NCBI GenBank assembly: GCA_963662655.2
Contig: CAXXTU010000002.1
Span: 2,624,001-2,688,000 of the forward strand
Direction of reading: 5' to 3'
Source: Candidatus Cloacimonadales bacterium
Lineage (GTDB): Bacteria; Cloacimonadota; Cloacimonadia; Cloacimonadales; JAIOQZ01
Length of the DNA: 64,000 nucleotides
Part shown: piece by piece, positions 31,948-42,350 of the stretch
Position numbering within the stretch: the first letter of the stretch is position 1
Layout: the number at the start of each line of letters is the position of its first letter
The notes under the pieces: generated by a model
The model's database searches: none
What the model saw: only the letters and a program-made list of their open reading frames with translations
Told to the model about the DNA's origin: nothing
Program-made: the position numbers and the translations under genes

Positions 31948-32694
31948 ATGTATAAACTTGTACTTCTCAGGCACGGAGAGAGTGTCTGGAACAAAGAAAA
32001 CCGCTTCACCGGCTGGACGGATGTCGACCTTTCCGAGAAAGGCGTCACCGAAGCGCACGCAGCCGGGACTCTTCTCAAGGAAGACGGGTTCACCTTCGAC
32101 GTGGCATACACTTCCGTCCTGAAGAGAGCGATTCGCACGCTTTGGATTACACTGGACGAGATGGACTTGATGTGGATTCCCGTCTATCGCAACTGGCGTT
32201 TGAACGAGCGTCACTACGGTGACCTGCAAGGCTACAACAAAGCGGAAATGGCAGCTAAGGTAGGTGACGATCAGGTCCTCGTGTGGCGTCGCAGCTATGA
32301 TATTCCGCCACCGGACCTGAGTCCGGACGATGACCGCTACCCCGGCAAGGACAGGCGTTACGACGATTTGACCGATGAAGAGCTCCCCAAGACGGAGAGC
32401 CTCAAGCTAACGGTCGACCGCATGCTGCCATACTGGCATGAAGAGATATCGCATGCGATCAGAAAGGGCAAACGAGTGTTGATCGCGGCCCATGGCAACA
32501 GTCTGCGCGCGCTGGTCAAATACCTGGATAACATCCCGGATGATGAGATTGTGAAGCTCAACATTCCTACCGGCGTTCCGTTGGTGTATGAGCTCGATGA
32601 CGATCTCAAACCGATCCGCCATTACTACTTGGGAGACGCCGAGGCGATCAAGAAAGCAGCCGAAGCTGTGGCCAATCAGGGGAAAGCCAAGTAG
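31948..32694 (+). CDS. gpmA: 2,3-bisphosphoglycerate-dependent phosphoglycerate mutase
   Basis: [33 protein letters not shown] 31948 behind GGAGG. Confidence 0.97.
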   Translation: MYKLVLLRHGESVWNKENRFTGWTDVDLSEKGVTEAHAAGTLLKEDGFTFDVAYTSVLKRAIRTLWITLDEMDLMWIPVYRNWRLNERHYGDLQGYNKAEMAAKVGDDQVLVWRRSYDIPPPDLSPDDDRYPGKDRRYDDLTDEELPKTESLKLTVDRMLPYWHEEISHAIRKGKRVLIAAHGNSLRALVKYLDNIPDDEIVKLNIPTGVPLVYELDDDLKPIRHYYLGDAEAIKKAAEAVANQGKAK

Positions 32695-32701
32695 TTAATA
32701 A

Positions 32702-32950
32702 GGCTCTGTTGCAAATCTGGTGGGTTATTGTATCTCAGCCCTTCCTTAGTGTCATCCTGAGCGGAGTCGAAGGATGGGTTCAGCATTGAATGGTCCTTCG
32801 ACTCCGCTCAGGATGACAGAGACAGTGGTAAGCCTTCGCCCCTTTGAGGGGCACGTATTTTTTGGGTAAAACACACAAGGGTGACAGAGAAAGGAAGCTC
32901 AGGATAAAACCCTTCAATAGATGCTTACCCACTCGATTTGCAACAGAGCC
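32702..32950. mobile_element. Non-autonomous MITE (249 bp) with ISL3-like ends
   Basis: GGCTCTGTTGCAAATCTGGTGGGT (32702-32725) and inverted ACCCACTCGATTTGCAACAGAGCC (32927-32950), 22/24 identical; left end 20/24 identical to the ISL3 end at 6719-6742. Confidence 0.85.
32750..32818. repeat. REP-like palindromic unit TGTCATCCTGAGCGGAGTCGAAGGA, nested inside the MITE
   Basis: Perfect 25-bp inverted repeat 32750-32774/32794-32818. Confidence 0.88.
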
Positions 32951-34556
32951 TAAAATTACGGCAACAGCCTTGGTCAATACGATTCATAAAAGCCTCGAAA
33001 GCAATCCAAACTGCCGTTATGTATTCTTTCTCGGGGCAGGGTGCTCTGTCAGCTCCGGAATTCCGACAGCGGGTCAACTTGTGGAGAAATGGCTACAGGA
33101 ACTCAGGGATATCCATGTAGAAGAATTTCCTGAGTTTCTGAAAGAAAGCATTCCAGACTTCGACGAAAAGAATCCTGCAAAAAGTTTTGGGGCTGTTCTG
33201 GATATTGTCTCGACGTTGTATAGTAATCGCCAGGCTGTTATTGAAAAAGAAACCGAGGGAAAGGACCCTCTGTTTGGTTATTCCATCTTTGCCAAGCTTC
33301 TGACGCACGAGAAGTTCGGCAGGAGAATGAATCTGGTGCTGACAACCAACTTCGACGATTTGATTGCAGACTCCATCTACCTTTATACGAAGAAGAAACC
33401 GTTCGTTATCTACCATGAGAAGGAAGCGGACCAGCTCGATTTCAACGATTCGAGAATACGCATTCTCAAGCTGCACGGCGACGCGCTACGTGATCCCAAG
33501 GCGACCGATCAGCAAATCCAGAATCTGGATCAAGCGTACCTGGAGAAATTGCCCTCACTCCTTGCCAACTGCGCCATCGTTTTTATGGGTTACGGCGGAA
33601 ACGATCCCAGCATCGTCGAGCTGCTTGAGAAAATCGAGCATAAAAAAGGCGATGCTCCCCACTATTATTGGGTAACAAGCAAGAAGCCAGACGATAAGAC
33701 CGTCCTGGGGAAATGGCTTGGCGAGCATAACACAAGTTATTGGGTAAACCATCGGGGATTTGATTTGCTGATGCTGCAAATTAGCCAGAAATTCGGGCTG
33801 GAATTACCGAAACGGAAGCGATTTGACGATCTGTTTAAAGAATTGAATTCACGACTCGACAAACTTCAAAAAGAAATCGATCAAATAAAAAATCCGAAAG
33901 CAAAAACCGAAAGTGAGAAAGCTCTGAACGACATACTCGATACCTACGACGACCCATGGAAATATGCCATGAAGGCCGAGCAAGTGAAGAACGAGAATCC
34001 AGACCTCGCGGAGCAATACTATGAAAAGGCTATCGAATTGGCCCCTGATAACGCATCAATTCTAGGCAATTACGCGCTATTCCTAAAAAAAATTCGCAAG
34101 GACTATGACAAGGCGGAGGAATACTACAAGAAAGCGCTGGAGATTGATCCAAAGCATGCAAACAACCTTGCAAATTACGCACTATTCATTGATGAAATTC
34201 GCAAGGACTATGATGAAGCGGAGGAATACTACAAGAAAGCGCTGGAGATTGATCCAAAGCATGCAAACAACCTCGGAAATTACGGGAATTTCATGAAAAA
34301 TATTCGCAAGGACTATGATAAAGCAGAGAAATTCTTCAGAAAGCGCTCGAACTTGATTCAGGACACACAACCAAGCTCGGCACGCATGCATAGTCCACAA
34401 CCGATATCCGCAAGAATCAGAAAGCGCTCGAACTTGATTCAGGACACACAACCAAGCTCGGCACACATGCATAGTCCACAACCGATATCCGCAAGACGAA
34501 GTAAATATCGTAGTAAAAGATTCCCCTACAAATACCCATCCCGGGGCAACAGGTAG
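32844..34556 (+). CDS. SIR2-like (putative NADase) domain plus TPR repeats; 5' end overlapped by the MITE, 3' end frameshifted (possible pseudogene)
   Basis: FFLGAGCSVSSGIP, LTTNFDDL, LKLHGD, FMGYGGND; 35-aa TPR repeats; ORF start lies inside the MITE, with the next in-frame TTG at 32970. Confidence 0.8.
   Translation: MRGTYFLGKTHKGDRERKLRIKPFNRCLPTRFATEPKITATALVNTIHKSLESNPNCRYVFFLGAGCSVSSGIPTAGQLVEKWLQELRDIHVEEFPEFLKESIPDFDEKNPAKSFGAVLDIVSTLYSNRQAVIEKETEGKDPLFGYSIFAKLLTHEKFGRRMNLVLTTNFDDLIADSIYLYTKKKPFVIYHEKEADQLDFNDSRIRILKLHGDALRDPKATDQQIQNLDQAYLEKLPSLLANCAIVFMGYGGNDPSIVELLEKIEHKKGDAPHYYWVTSKKPDDKTVLGKWLGEHNTSYWVNHRGFDLLMLQISQKFGLELPKRKRFDDLFKELNSRLDKLQKEIDQIKNPKAKTESEKALNDILDTYDDPWKYAMKAEQVKNENPDLAEQYYEKAIELAPDNASILGNYALFLKKIRKDYDKAEEYYKKALEIDPKHANNLANYALFIDEIRKDYDEAEEYYKKALEIDPKHANNLGNYGNFMKNIRKDYDKAEKFFRKRSNLIQDTQPSSARMHSPQPISARIRKRSNLIQDTQPSSAHMHSPQPISARRSKYRSKRFPYKYPSRGNR
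34068..34340 (+). repeat. 105-bp tandem TPR-coding repeats
   Basis: Units start at 34068, 34173, 34278; the first two are nearly identical in DNA. Confidence 0.9.
34336..34496 (+). repeat. 81-bp tandem duplication
   Basis: Copies start at 34336 and 34417, one internal mismatch. Confidence 0.92.
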
Positions 34557-35500
34557 TTCTGCACGTAGTCGGTAACGGCTTCTTCGAGGGTGTGGCACCG
34601 GATATCGCAGCCGGCGGCTGAGAACTTGTTCATCTCCGCCTGGGTGAAATACTGGTATTTCCCCTTGAAACGCTCGGGCATATCGAAATACTCGATGTCC
34701 GGCCTCTTCTTCATGGCGGAGAACACCGCGTTCGCGAGGTCGTTCCAGCTACGGGCAATCCCTGTACCCACATTGAAGATACCGTTCACGTCGGGGTGAT
34801 TCATCAACCACCACGTGTACTCCACCGCGTCTTTCACGTAGATGAAATCGCGCTGCTGTCCGCCATCGGCATACTCCTTCCTGTCGGACTTGAACAACCG
34901 GATTTTGCCCGTGTCGCGAATCTGCTCGAACGCCTTGTGGACCATGGAGCGCATGTCGCCCTTGTGGTATTCGTTGGGCCCGAATACGTTGAAGAACTTC
35001 AATCCTGCCATGTTATCGATCGCCCCCGAGCGGACTGCCCAGAGGTCGAAGACATGCTTGGAGTAGCCGTACATGTTGCGCGGTTTCAGGAGTTGGATGT
35101 TATCTTCGCTATCGCTGTAGCCTTGCTCGCCTTCGCCATAAGTGGCGGCGCTGCTGGCGTAGATGAAGCGTACATTGTTTTCGATGGCCCACTCCGCCAG
35201 AACGCGCGTGTAACGGTAGTTGTTCTCCATCAGGTAGTCCGCGTCTGATTCGGTGGTGGATGAGCAGGCACCCATGTGGATGATCGCTTCGATTGCGCCA
35301 TCGTACGCCCCGGCCTGAATCTGCTCGATGAAATCCAGCTTGTGGATGTAGTCCATATAGCTCAGATTCACCAGGTTCTTCCACTTGTTCGATTCACCCA
35401 GGTTATCCACGATAATTATCTGTGCAATGCCTTCCGCGTTCAGTCGGGAAACAAACGCGCTCCCGATCAATCCGGCCCCACCCGTTACGATGATCATCAC
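34526..35500 (-). CDS. rfaD: ADP-L-glycero-D-manno-heptose 6-epimerase
   Basis: IIVTGGAGLIGS, HMGACSSTTE, YGYSK, FNVFGPNEYHKG, YQYFTQA. Confidence 0.95.
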   Translation of the reverse strand: MMIIVTGGAGLIGSAFVSRLNAEGIAQIIIVDNLGESNKWKNLVNLSYMDYIHKLDFIEQIQAGAYDGAIEAIIHMGACSSTTESDADYLMENNYRYTRVLAEWAIENNVRFIYASSAATYGEGEQGYSDSEDNIQLLKPRNMYGYSKHVFDLWAVRSGAIDNMAGLKFFNVFGPNEYHKGDMRSMVHKAFEQIRDTGKIRLFKSDRKEYADGGQQRDFIYVKDAVEYTWWLMNHPDVNGIFNVGTGIARSWNDLANAVFSAMKKRPDIEYFDMPERFKGKYQYFTQAEMNKFSAAGCDIRCHTLEEAVTDYVQNYLLPRDGYL

Positions 35501-36459
35501 ATCACTCCTTGTATCGTTTGAATATCGAGTTTAGAATAGTTTTTAAAATGGATTTTGGCAACCTTTTTCATCTCGCCCTTCCCGAATTTCGCCACGAACG
35601 CTTTCGCCGCGACATCCACGGGTGCGCCGCCTCCTTTGGGAAATTCCATGCCGAATCGCTCCGACATCCTGTCCATCTCCATCAGGAATCGATGACGCGC
35701 CAAAATCGAAGCCGCCGCCACCGCCGGATCTGCTTCCGCGCGCTCCACATTCACCAGCGGAATGTCACGCAGATCGCGCAGGCTGCTCTTCAGCACGTAC
35801 TCGGCAGCAAATTTGTCCACGACCACGCCCTGGGTCGGGAAACGCTGATAGCTGTTCACCAGAACACGGGCGTGCATCCAGGCGAGAAGCTGGTTCAGCT
35901 TCTTGCCCTGCGACCGGAAGTTTTCGTACAGGTCATTGTATTTCTCGGGAAGAAGCGCCATGATCTCGATCCGGTGCCGGAACCTGTGGTGCAGCTTCTC
36001 TGCGATCACGTGGATGTTCTTGTCGGATATCTTCTTCGAGTCGTCCAACGGATACCCGCGGAGATTCCCGAGCGTCTCCTGATCCACGTTGAACGCGCAC
36101 ACGACCAGGGGACCGAAGAAATCACCCTTGCCCGATTCGTCCGAGCCAATCCAGCTCGTCCAGTCGTGCAGCATGGATTCGCAATGCTCGTGCAGGATGT
36201 GGTCGATTCCATCGCGGAGCGGGTTATCCTTCCTCCCGCCATACACGACCGATAGTCCCTTCTTCTTCGACCAATATACATTCAATGGAATCGATTGCTC
36301 CCCCCTGCTCAACGTCAATTGCACGCCGTACGGGATTTCCTTCTCGTCGTCAAGAACAATACCCGAGTGCTCAAACTTGGGAAGCTTCTCTTCCAGCCAG
36401 TCCAAAATCGCCTTTTCCAATACTTCCACCTCTTTCGTTATCAGGGCACTTTTCACCAT
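35497..36459 (-). CDS. rnhC: Ribonuclease HIII
   Basis: IGSDESGKGDFFGPLVV, DDSKK, VVDKF, VAAASILAR, AKIHFKN. Confidence 0.92.
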   Translation of the reverse strand: MVKSALITKEVEVLEKAILDWLEEKLPKFEHSGIVLDDEKEIPYGVQLTLSRGEQSIPLNVYWSKKKGLSVVYGGRKDNPLRDGIDHILHEHCESMLHDWTSWIGSDESGKGDFFGPLVVCAFNVDQETLGNLRGYPLDDSKKISDKNIHVIAEKLHHRFRHRIEIMALLPEKYNDLYENFRSQGKKLNQLLAWMHARVLVNSYQRFPTQGVVVDKFAAEYVLKSSLRDLRDIPLVNVERAEADPAVAAASILARHRFLMEMDRMSERFGMEFPKGGGAPVDVAAKAFVAKFGKGEMKKVAKIHFKNYSKLDIQTIQGVM

Positions 36460-36697
36460 CAGCGTTTTCCGTCAACTTTCTTGCATTGACAAATCAACAG
36501 CAACACGTAACTTCCACCACGGATGCAGATTCGTTCGATCTCCTTTTTCAACATGGTGTTTCACAGCTTTATCGCCTTTGAATATACCATTATAAAGCTG
36601 TGGTATATCCACGTTGAAAAAGGAGATCGGGCGAAGGTGCACCGTGCGATAAGACTTGTACAACAACAAGTCGAGCAGTAAACATCGTGGAGTCGTC

Positions 36698-37543
36698 ATG
36701 AAGAGAATAGGAGCACACGTCAGCGCGGCCGGAGGTGTATTCAACGCACCGCTCAATGCAAGCAAGATCGGCGCGAAAGCCTTTGCGCTTTTCACCAAGA
36801 ATCAGAAACAGTGGAAAACTAAGCCGCTCACAGACATTGATATTGAGCAATTCAAGCAGAATTGCGAACAACACGGATACTTAACGGAGCACATTCTCCC
36901 GCACGATTCCTATCTGATAAATCTGGGCAATCCCGATCCCGAGAAGCGAGCAAAATCTGTTGACGCATTCATCGATGAACTCCTTCGCTGCGAAGCGCTC
37001 GGACTCAAACTCCTGAACTTCCACCCGGGAAGCCACCTGGGCATTCTTTCGGAAGACGACTGCCTCAAAACCATCGCCGATAGCGTCAACGAAGCGTTAT
37101 CGCATACAATATCGGCCGTTGCTGTGATCGAAAATACCTCCGGGCAAGGAAACAACGTCGGATATCGCTTTGAACATCTGGCACGCATTATCGAATTGGT
37201 AGATCGAAAAGATCGTATCGGCGTCTGCATCGATACCTGTCATGCCTTCACCGCCGGCTATGATTTTCGCACACGGGATTTATACGAAAAAACGTTTCAC
37301 GAACTTGACTCGATCATTGGCATTCGTTATCTGAAAGGCATGCATCTTAACGACACGAAGAAAGCGCAGGGAAGCCGCGTCGATCGCCACGCTTCCATCG
37401 GTGAAGGTGAACTGGGAATCGAATCCTTCCGCTACATCGTCAACGACCCTCGACTCGACGAAATCCCCCTGATTCTCGAGACTCCGGATGAAACCATCTG
37501 GGACAAGGAAATCGAGCTTCTTTATTCCCTGATATTGAAATGA
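36698..37543 (+). CDS. nfo: Endonuclease IV
   Basis: [54 protein letters not shown]. Confidence 0.96.
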   Translation: MKRIGAHVSAAGGVFNAPLNASKIGAKAFALFTKNQKQWKTKPLTDIDIEQFKQNCEQHGYLTEHILPHDSYLINLGNPDPEKRAKSVDAFIDELLRCEALGLKLLNFHPGSHLGILSEDDCLKTIADSVNEALSHTISAVAVIENTSGQGNNVGYRFEHLARIIELVDRKDRIGVCIDTCHAFTAGYDFRTRDLYEKTFHELDSIIGIRYLKGMHLNDTKKAQGSRVDRHASIGEGELGIESFRYIVNDPRLDEIPLILETPDETIWDKEIELLYSLILK

Positions 37544-37576
37544 TACCAATCGCTGAGAATATACTATACTCGCTCA

Positions 37577-39289
37577 TCAATCCTTGAAGTACTTGGCCTT
37601 TGCATCAAGGTCGTCCTGCAATAGGTGCGTCATCTCGACAATAATCCAGATTCTGAGAAGCAGCATGATTCTGGAAACATTTTTCTTGAAGAGATTGTAT
37701 CTGATTTCTTTCACAAACTGAGGTATCAGTGGCCTGATGATTTCGCGAAAGCTCCTTTTCTTGCTTTTGGTATCCACGTTTTTGATACTTGAAATCCATC
37801 TCTTCGCATCGCTGATCATTTTGGGAGACAGCATCGGGTGATGCCGAACTCTCTCCAAGCTCTGGCTGATGCAATTCAAAGTATCTGGATTGGAAAGCAT
37901 GTTCTTGAAGGATGTAATCGCATTGTATTTGGCATAGGGGATATCAGGAGACAACTCGGCAAGAACTGATTTATACAGCTTTCTATCGGTTCTGTATTGA
38001 TCGGCCAAAGTTCGTATAAACCTTATGATCCGATTGTCTAAATAAGGTTTCTCCACTTCGACATAAGTATATTTAATATCGGACAACGCCGACAGTGCGC
38101 CAGGAATCCTATGCTCCTGATACAAGCGATCCCGTAATGTAGGAGCTGATTCATTTGCTTCTGACCGGGTTATCTCAGACAGATCGATCGGTTCGCAATT
38201 CCATCTCTCCATTGCTGGATCTATCGTTCTTGTAGATATTCCCGCCAGTTTTATTGCCATTTTCTTACTACGAGCCACCGGACTTCCGAAGGGTTGTTCT
38301 CCTCGCAAGATACCGACATATTTTCTTTTGAACAAAGTGCTCCAGATAAACATGCCGTCCCAATAACCATGAATTGCATCGCATCGCCCTTCGGAACAAA
38401 CCAAAAAGCGATCCATTTTCGTTTTGCAGGAAAGCTCATCAACGCTAGAACTTAGATACTCATGCTGTACATCATAGTGCTCGGCAAGTTTCTGAGCTAC
38501 CCAATTGTCGCTCAATTCCCTTTCACGATTTGCCTCTACACCCCATGTGAGTGTATGGATTCTGCTCTTGTCAACGAGACCGTTGAGAATACATAAAATC
38601 CCTCTGCTATCATATCCACCCGATAGAGGAATGAGATAAGTGCCCTTATCCGAAACAAAGTCCTTCACAGATTGAACCAACAAACCTCGAAGCTCGTTTT
38701 TCAATTCCTTCTCTTTCTTCCGAACCGCCTTGAACTCTGTCTTTTCCTTGCTTCGAGAAATCTTCCATGTCTGAATATCCAGAGTGAGAGTTTCGCCAAT
38801 ATCGAGCGATTTGAGCCTTGTGTCCCAAGCATTCGACGGCCCCTGATAACCAACCATCAGCATCCAGGAAATCGCCTGCTGATTCAATTCAAAGCCGGGA
38901 ATGCAATAGAGGAGAGCTCTTTGGGATGTTGACGCCAGGAAAACATCGTCGTCATGATACCACCAAATGGTTCGGGAGGCAGTCAGATCTGCTACGAGCT
39001 CCACTTTCTCCTCATTCGAACGTATGATACCATAGTTTCCTGTCTCGACGGTCGTGCCTACCTCAAACCAATCCTTGTCTATCGTTCTTCCCATACACAC
39101 TGAAAGCTCGTGGGATTTTATCGCCGGGTGTGGGTTGAAGATGTACAACTCCTTATGATCTTGATTTCTATAGATCGATGGCTCCGGAGTCAGATTATCA
39201 GGGCAAAGCATTTGATCAAGATCGCCTTGAACACGCTGTATTATTTGACTTGCACCGTTTCTTCTATATGAGAACAGGACTTTGGACAT
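37577..39289 (-). CDS. Asparagine synthetase-related ATP pyrophosphatase lacking the N-terminal catalytic Cys
   Basis: PLSGGYDSR PP-loop, PYLDNRI; AT-richer than its flanks. Confidence 0.75.
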   Translation of the reverse strand: MSKVLFSYRRNGASQIIQRVQGDLDQMLCPDNLTPEPSIYRNQDHKELYIFNPHPAIKSHELSVCMGRTIDKDWFEVGTTVETGNYGIIRSNEEKVELVADLTASRTIWWYHDDDVFLASTSQRALLYCIPGFELNQQAISWMLMVGYQGPSNAWDTRLKSLDIGETLTLDIQTWKISRSKEKTEFKAVRKKEKELKNELRGLLVQSVKDFVSDKGTYLIPLSGGYDSRGILCILNGLVDKSRIHTLTWGVEANRERELSDNWVAQKLAEHYDVQHEYLSSSVDELSCKTKMDRFLVCSEGRCDAIHGYWDGMFIWSTLFKRKYVGILRGEQPFGSPVARSKKMAIKLAGISTRTIDPAMERWNCEPIDLSEITRSEANESAPTLRDRLYQEHRIPGALSALSDIKYTYVEVEKPYLDNRIIRFIRTLADQYRTDRKLYKSVLAELSPDIPYAKYNAITSFKNMLSNPDTLNCISQSLERVRHHPMLSPKMISDAKRWISSIKNVDTKSKKRSFREIIRPLIPQFVKEIRYNLFKKNVSRIMLLLRIWIIVEMTHLLQDDLDAKAKYFKD

Positions 39290-39378
39290 ATATTCTCCCA
39301 AAATTGATATTTAAATAATCCATTTGAATTTTGCCAAACATAAATAAGCCGGAAATCTTTCTGTCAAGTTTTTTCAGG

Positions 39379-41493
39379 TCACTTCCTGCCCGGTTCCAGT
39401 ATATTGAAACAGACCTCTCGATTCTTCGAATGACCCTCAACCCGTCTTCCCGATGGTTCCACGTGAAACCTGCTGATGTTACAGTCCTCGCGCCGAATCG
39501 AGCGTTGGAAGCCATCATCTTCCCATAATTCGAGCTCCGTTTCTTCTGCAACCAAACCGAGCACGACATATCTCCCCGACACCGAGTCGGTCGAGTTCCC
39601 GGGTTCCGTCAGGATAAGTAGTCTGTTTTCCGGAATGAAGAGCAGCATCTCGTTCAGGTCGGCTTTCACATAGTGGTGACCGGCCGGAAGGATTTCTGTC
39701 TGATAATCATCCCACCGTTTCATTCGCAGCATCAGCCACCTTTCCTCAGGGAGATACACATATCTTCCCCTCGCGTTGGGCTGATGGACGGGCGCAGCCA
39801 TCAGGGAATCTCCAATAAAATACTGATCCTCGAATTCGCTGAGCGCAGGCTGTTCGTACTGGTAAGCCAGCGGCCTTATCAAGGGTATCCCTTTATTCGC
39901 GGCCTTGAGGAACTCCGAATAGATATACGGCATGAGCGCATACCGGATGCGAATCGCCTCTCTCACGGCACTCAGGATGGTCTCGCCAAACTGCCAGGGC
40001 TCCTGATCACGGGTTCCGGCAGCGCTGTGGTTACGAAAAAACGGCGTCAGCGCCCCTAACTGCGTCCAGCGAACAAGAAGTTCCGGGCTCACATGGTCGT
40101 TGAAACCGCCCACATCGGCACCGCAGAACAAAAACCCGCAAAGATTCAGATTCTGGATCATTCTCATCTGCAAGATCAAATGCTCCCAACGACTGCTGTT
40201 GTCGCCGGTCCATAGACCGCTGATCCGGTGCATTCCGCTGTAGCTCGATCGAGAGAAAATGAACCTCCGCTGCTTATCATCCTCGAAAGCCTGACTGGTC
40301 GCCATGGTCATACCGTATCCATAGAGGTTGTGAACGTCCCAGTGATTCACCAATTCCCCGGCATCCGTATGCTGGCTCATGGTCTTGAAATTCTCCCGAT
40401 AATTCTGGATATCCTCGCAAGCCCAACGCAAATTGAAGATATCCCAAGGCTGAAGACCGTCCTTGTCCTCCAGTTTCACCACTGCGTCCTCGATCCGCTT
40501 CAGGCTGTGATCGGTGAAGAACATCGCCGGTTCATTCATGTCGTTCCAGACCCCCGCGAAACCTCTTTCCGTAAGCCTTTTAACATGGCTGCTCCACCAG
40601 GTGCGCGTCTTTGAGCTAAGGAAATTCGGCAGATGCGTCCAGCCCGGCCAAACGGCCAGTCGATAGGGATGCCCATCATCATCGGTACAGAAATGTTTGT
40701 CCGCGATTCCCTCCCGATACACGGAATAATCGGGATCGATCTTCACGCCCGGGTCGATGATCGAAACGAGACGAACACCCTTTTCGAGCAAGTCTCCCGC
40801 CAGCTTCTTCACGTTCGGGAAACGCTTTTCATCGATCGTGAACACGCGGTAACCGTCCATATAGTCGATGTCGACGTGGATCGTATCGAGCGGAATCCCG
40901 TGCTCCTCGAATTTATCCACAATCGCACGCACGGAGGCATCGTTGGGATAGCTCCATCGGCTTTGATGATACCCGAACGCCCACCTCGGAGGAACATAGG
41001 AAGAACCGGTCAGCCTCAGGTATTCCCGCGAGCTTTCTCTCAAGGAATCCGCCTGCCATAGATAGATATCCGCAGAGCCCGAAGGAATGGTTATCCTGAT
41101 TCGATCATGCTGCGTGAATCCGATGTCGAAATCCATTTCCGACGGGTAATCGATGAACAGACCGATGCACGGCTCCCCACTTATGAACAGCACCGGATGC
41201 GAGCTGTAAAGCGCATCCTTGTCCGGATTGTGGTGAGGCTCATCGACACACCATGCGCGATACCGGCGTCCGCGTTTATTCAGCGCGCCAAGCTGCTCGC
41301 CCAGCCCAAGGACGATTTGCTCGTTTCGCAGGGCCAGCTCCAGCCGGATTTGATTGTCTGTCTCTTCGATCTCAATTATATTGTTTTGCGTGAACGCTTC
41401 GGTAGAATTCCATTGATCGATAACCACTGCCGGAGTACGAAACGGCGTTCCGAACCTCAGCCGGAAAATTTTCTCATTGCGATGGGTATTCAT
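39379..41493 (-). CDS. GH31 alpha-glucosidase
   Basis: GYHQSRWSY, DIDYMDG, WNDMNEP nucleophile, WTGDN, GADVGGF, FFRNH. Confidence 0.94.
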   Translation of the reverse strand: MNTHRNEKIFRLRFGTPFRTPAVVIDQWNSTEAFTQNNIIEIEETDNQIRLELALRNEQIVLGLGEQLGALNKRGRRYRAWCVDEPHHNPDKDALYSSHPVLFISGEPCIGLFIDYPSEMDFDIGFTQHDRIRITIPSGSADIYLWQADSLRESSREYLRLTGSSYVPPRWAFGYHQSRWSYPNDASVRAIVDKFEEHGIPLDTIHVDIDYMDGYRVFTIDEKRFPNVKKLAGDLLEKGVRLVSIIDPGVKIDPDYSVYREGIADKHFCTDDDGHPYRLAVWPGWTHLPNFLSSKTRTWWSSHVKRLTERGFAGVWNDMNEPAMFFTDHSLKRIEDAVVKLEDKDGLQPWDIFNLRWACEDIQNYRENFKTMSQHTDAGELVNHWDVHNLYGYGMTMATSQAFEDDKQRRFIFSRSSYSGMHRISGLWTGDNSSRWEHLILQMRMIQNLNLCGFLFCGADVGGFNDHVSPELLVRWTQLGALTPFFRNHSAAGTRDQEPWQFGETILSAVREAIRIRYALMPYIYSEFLKAANKGIPLIRPLAYQYEQPALSEFEDQYFIGDSLMAAPVHQPNARGRYVYLPEERWLMLRMKRWDDYQTEILPAGHHYVKADLNEMLLFIPENRLLILTEPGNSTDSVSGRYVVLGLVAEETELELWEDDGFQRSIRREDCNISRFHVEPSGRRVEGHSKNREVCFNILEPGRK

Positions 41494-41558
41494 GTTACCT
41501 CCATGTTAACAATATCCACCCATTTCCTATGTGTCCAGCGCTTTTGTGTATAATTGTG

Positions 41559-41587
41559 CTAACACGAAATTAACACACTGCTAACGC
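41559..41587. promoter_or_regulatory. Pho-box-like triple direct repeat upstream of phoB
   Basis: CTAACAC-N4-TTAACAC-N4-CTAACGC (11-bp period); TTGACA at 41610-41615. Confidence 0.7.
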
Positions 41588-41667
41588 ATGATTTATGAGG
41601 TTTTTTCGTTTGACAAGGAACCCCATCTGTTAATTTCATCCCACTAAAGAAAGGATGGAGGAGATTT

Positions 41668-42348
41668 GTGGAAAACACGATTTATATTCTCGATGACGAA
41701 GAAGATATTTTGTCTCTTGTCTCTCTCAATTTAAAGAAGTCAGGATTTCATCCTGTCGCGTTCGACAATGCGCGAGATTTTCACAAAGCGCTGCAAAGCA
41801 ATATTCCGGCGCTGGTCATCCTCGACCTCATGCTGCCGAACACGGACGGTATGGAAATCTGCAAATCTCTCCGCAAGGATGAACGCCTGGCAGGTCTTCC
41901 CATCATTATGCTCACCGCGCGGGAAGACGAGATGGACCGTGTTCTAGGCCTCGAACTGGGAGCTGACGACTACGTGACCAAGCCGTTCTCCCCTCGGGAA
42001 CTGATCGCCCGTATCAAGGCGGTTTTACGTCGCACCAAACCCGTCAGTAAAACCACCCGGAAGCTTTCGGCAGGAATCCTCACCATGGATTTCAACACCT
42101 ACGAGGTATGGGTCAAAGATGAGAAAATCACCCTGACCTCCACCGAATTCCGGCTGCTCAAGCTGCTGGTCGAGAGAAAAGGCTGGGTCTTCAGTCGCGA
42201 ACAGATCCTCGACTACCTGTGGGGCAAGGAAAAGATCGTTATCGATCGCACCGTCGACGTCCATATCAAGAATCTTCGCGAAAAGCTTCTGGAAGCCGGA
42301 GATTACATCAAGAACGTTCGCGGCGTCGGCTATAAAATAGAACTCTGA
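41668..42348 (+). CDS. phoB: OmpR/PhoB-family response regulator
   Basis: ILDLMLP, GADDYVTKPFS, winged helix RTVDVHI...VRGVGY; pst context. Confidence 0.9.
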   Translation: MENTIYILDDEEDILSLVSLNLKKSGFHPVAFDNARDFHKALQSNIPALVILDLMLPNTDGMEICKSLRKDERLAGLPIIMLTAREDEMDRVLGLELGADDYVTKPFSPRELIARIKAVLRRTKPVSKTTRKLSAGILTMDFNTYEVWVKDEKITLTSTEFRLLKLLVERKGWVFSREQILDYLWGKEKIVIDRTVDVHIKNLREKLLEAGDYIKNVRGVGYKIEL

Positions 42349-42350
42349 TT

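Noticed and set aside
34068..34496. Repeats as CRISPR or DGR template/variable regions
   Set aside because: Tandem TPR-coding duplications; no unique spacers and no reverse transcriptase in the window
37577..39289. Lasso peptide cyclase
   Set aside because: No precursor, B-protein or RRE gene nearby
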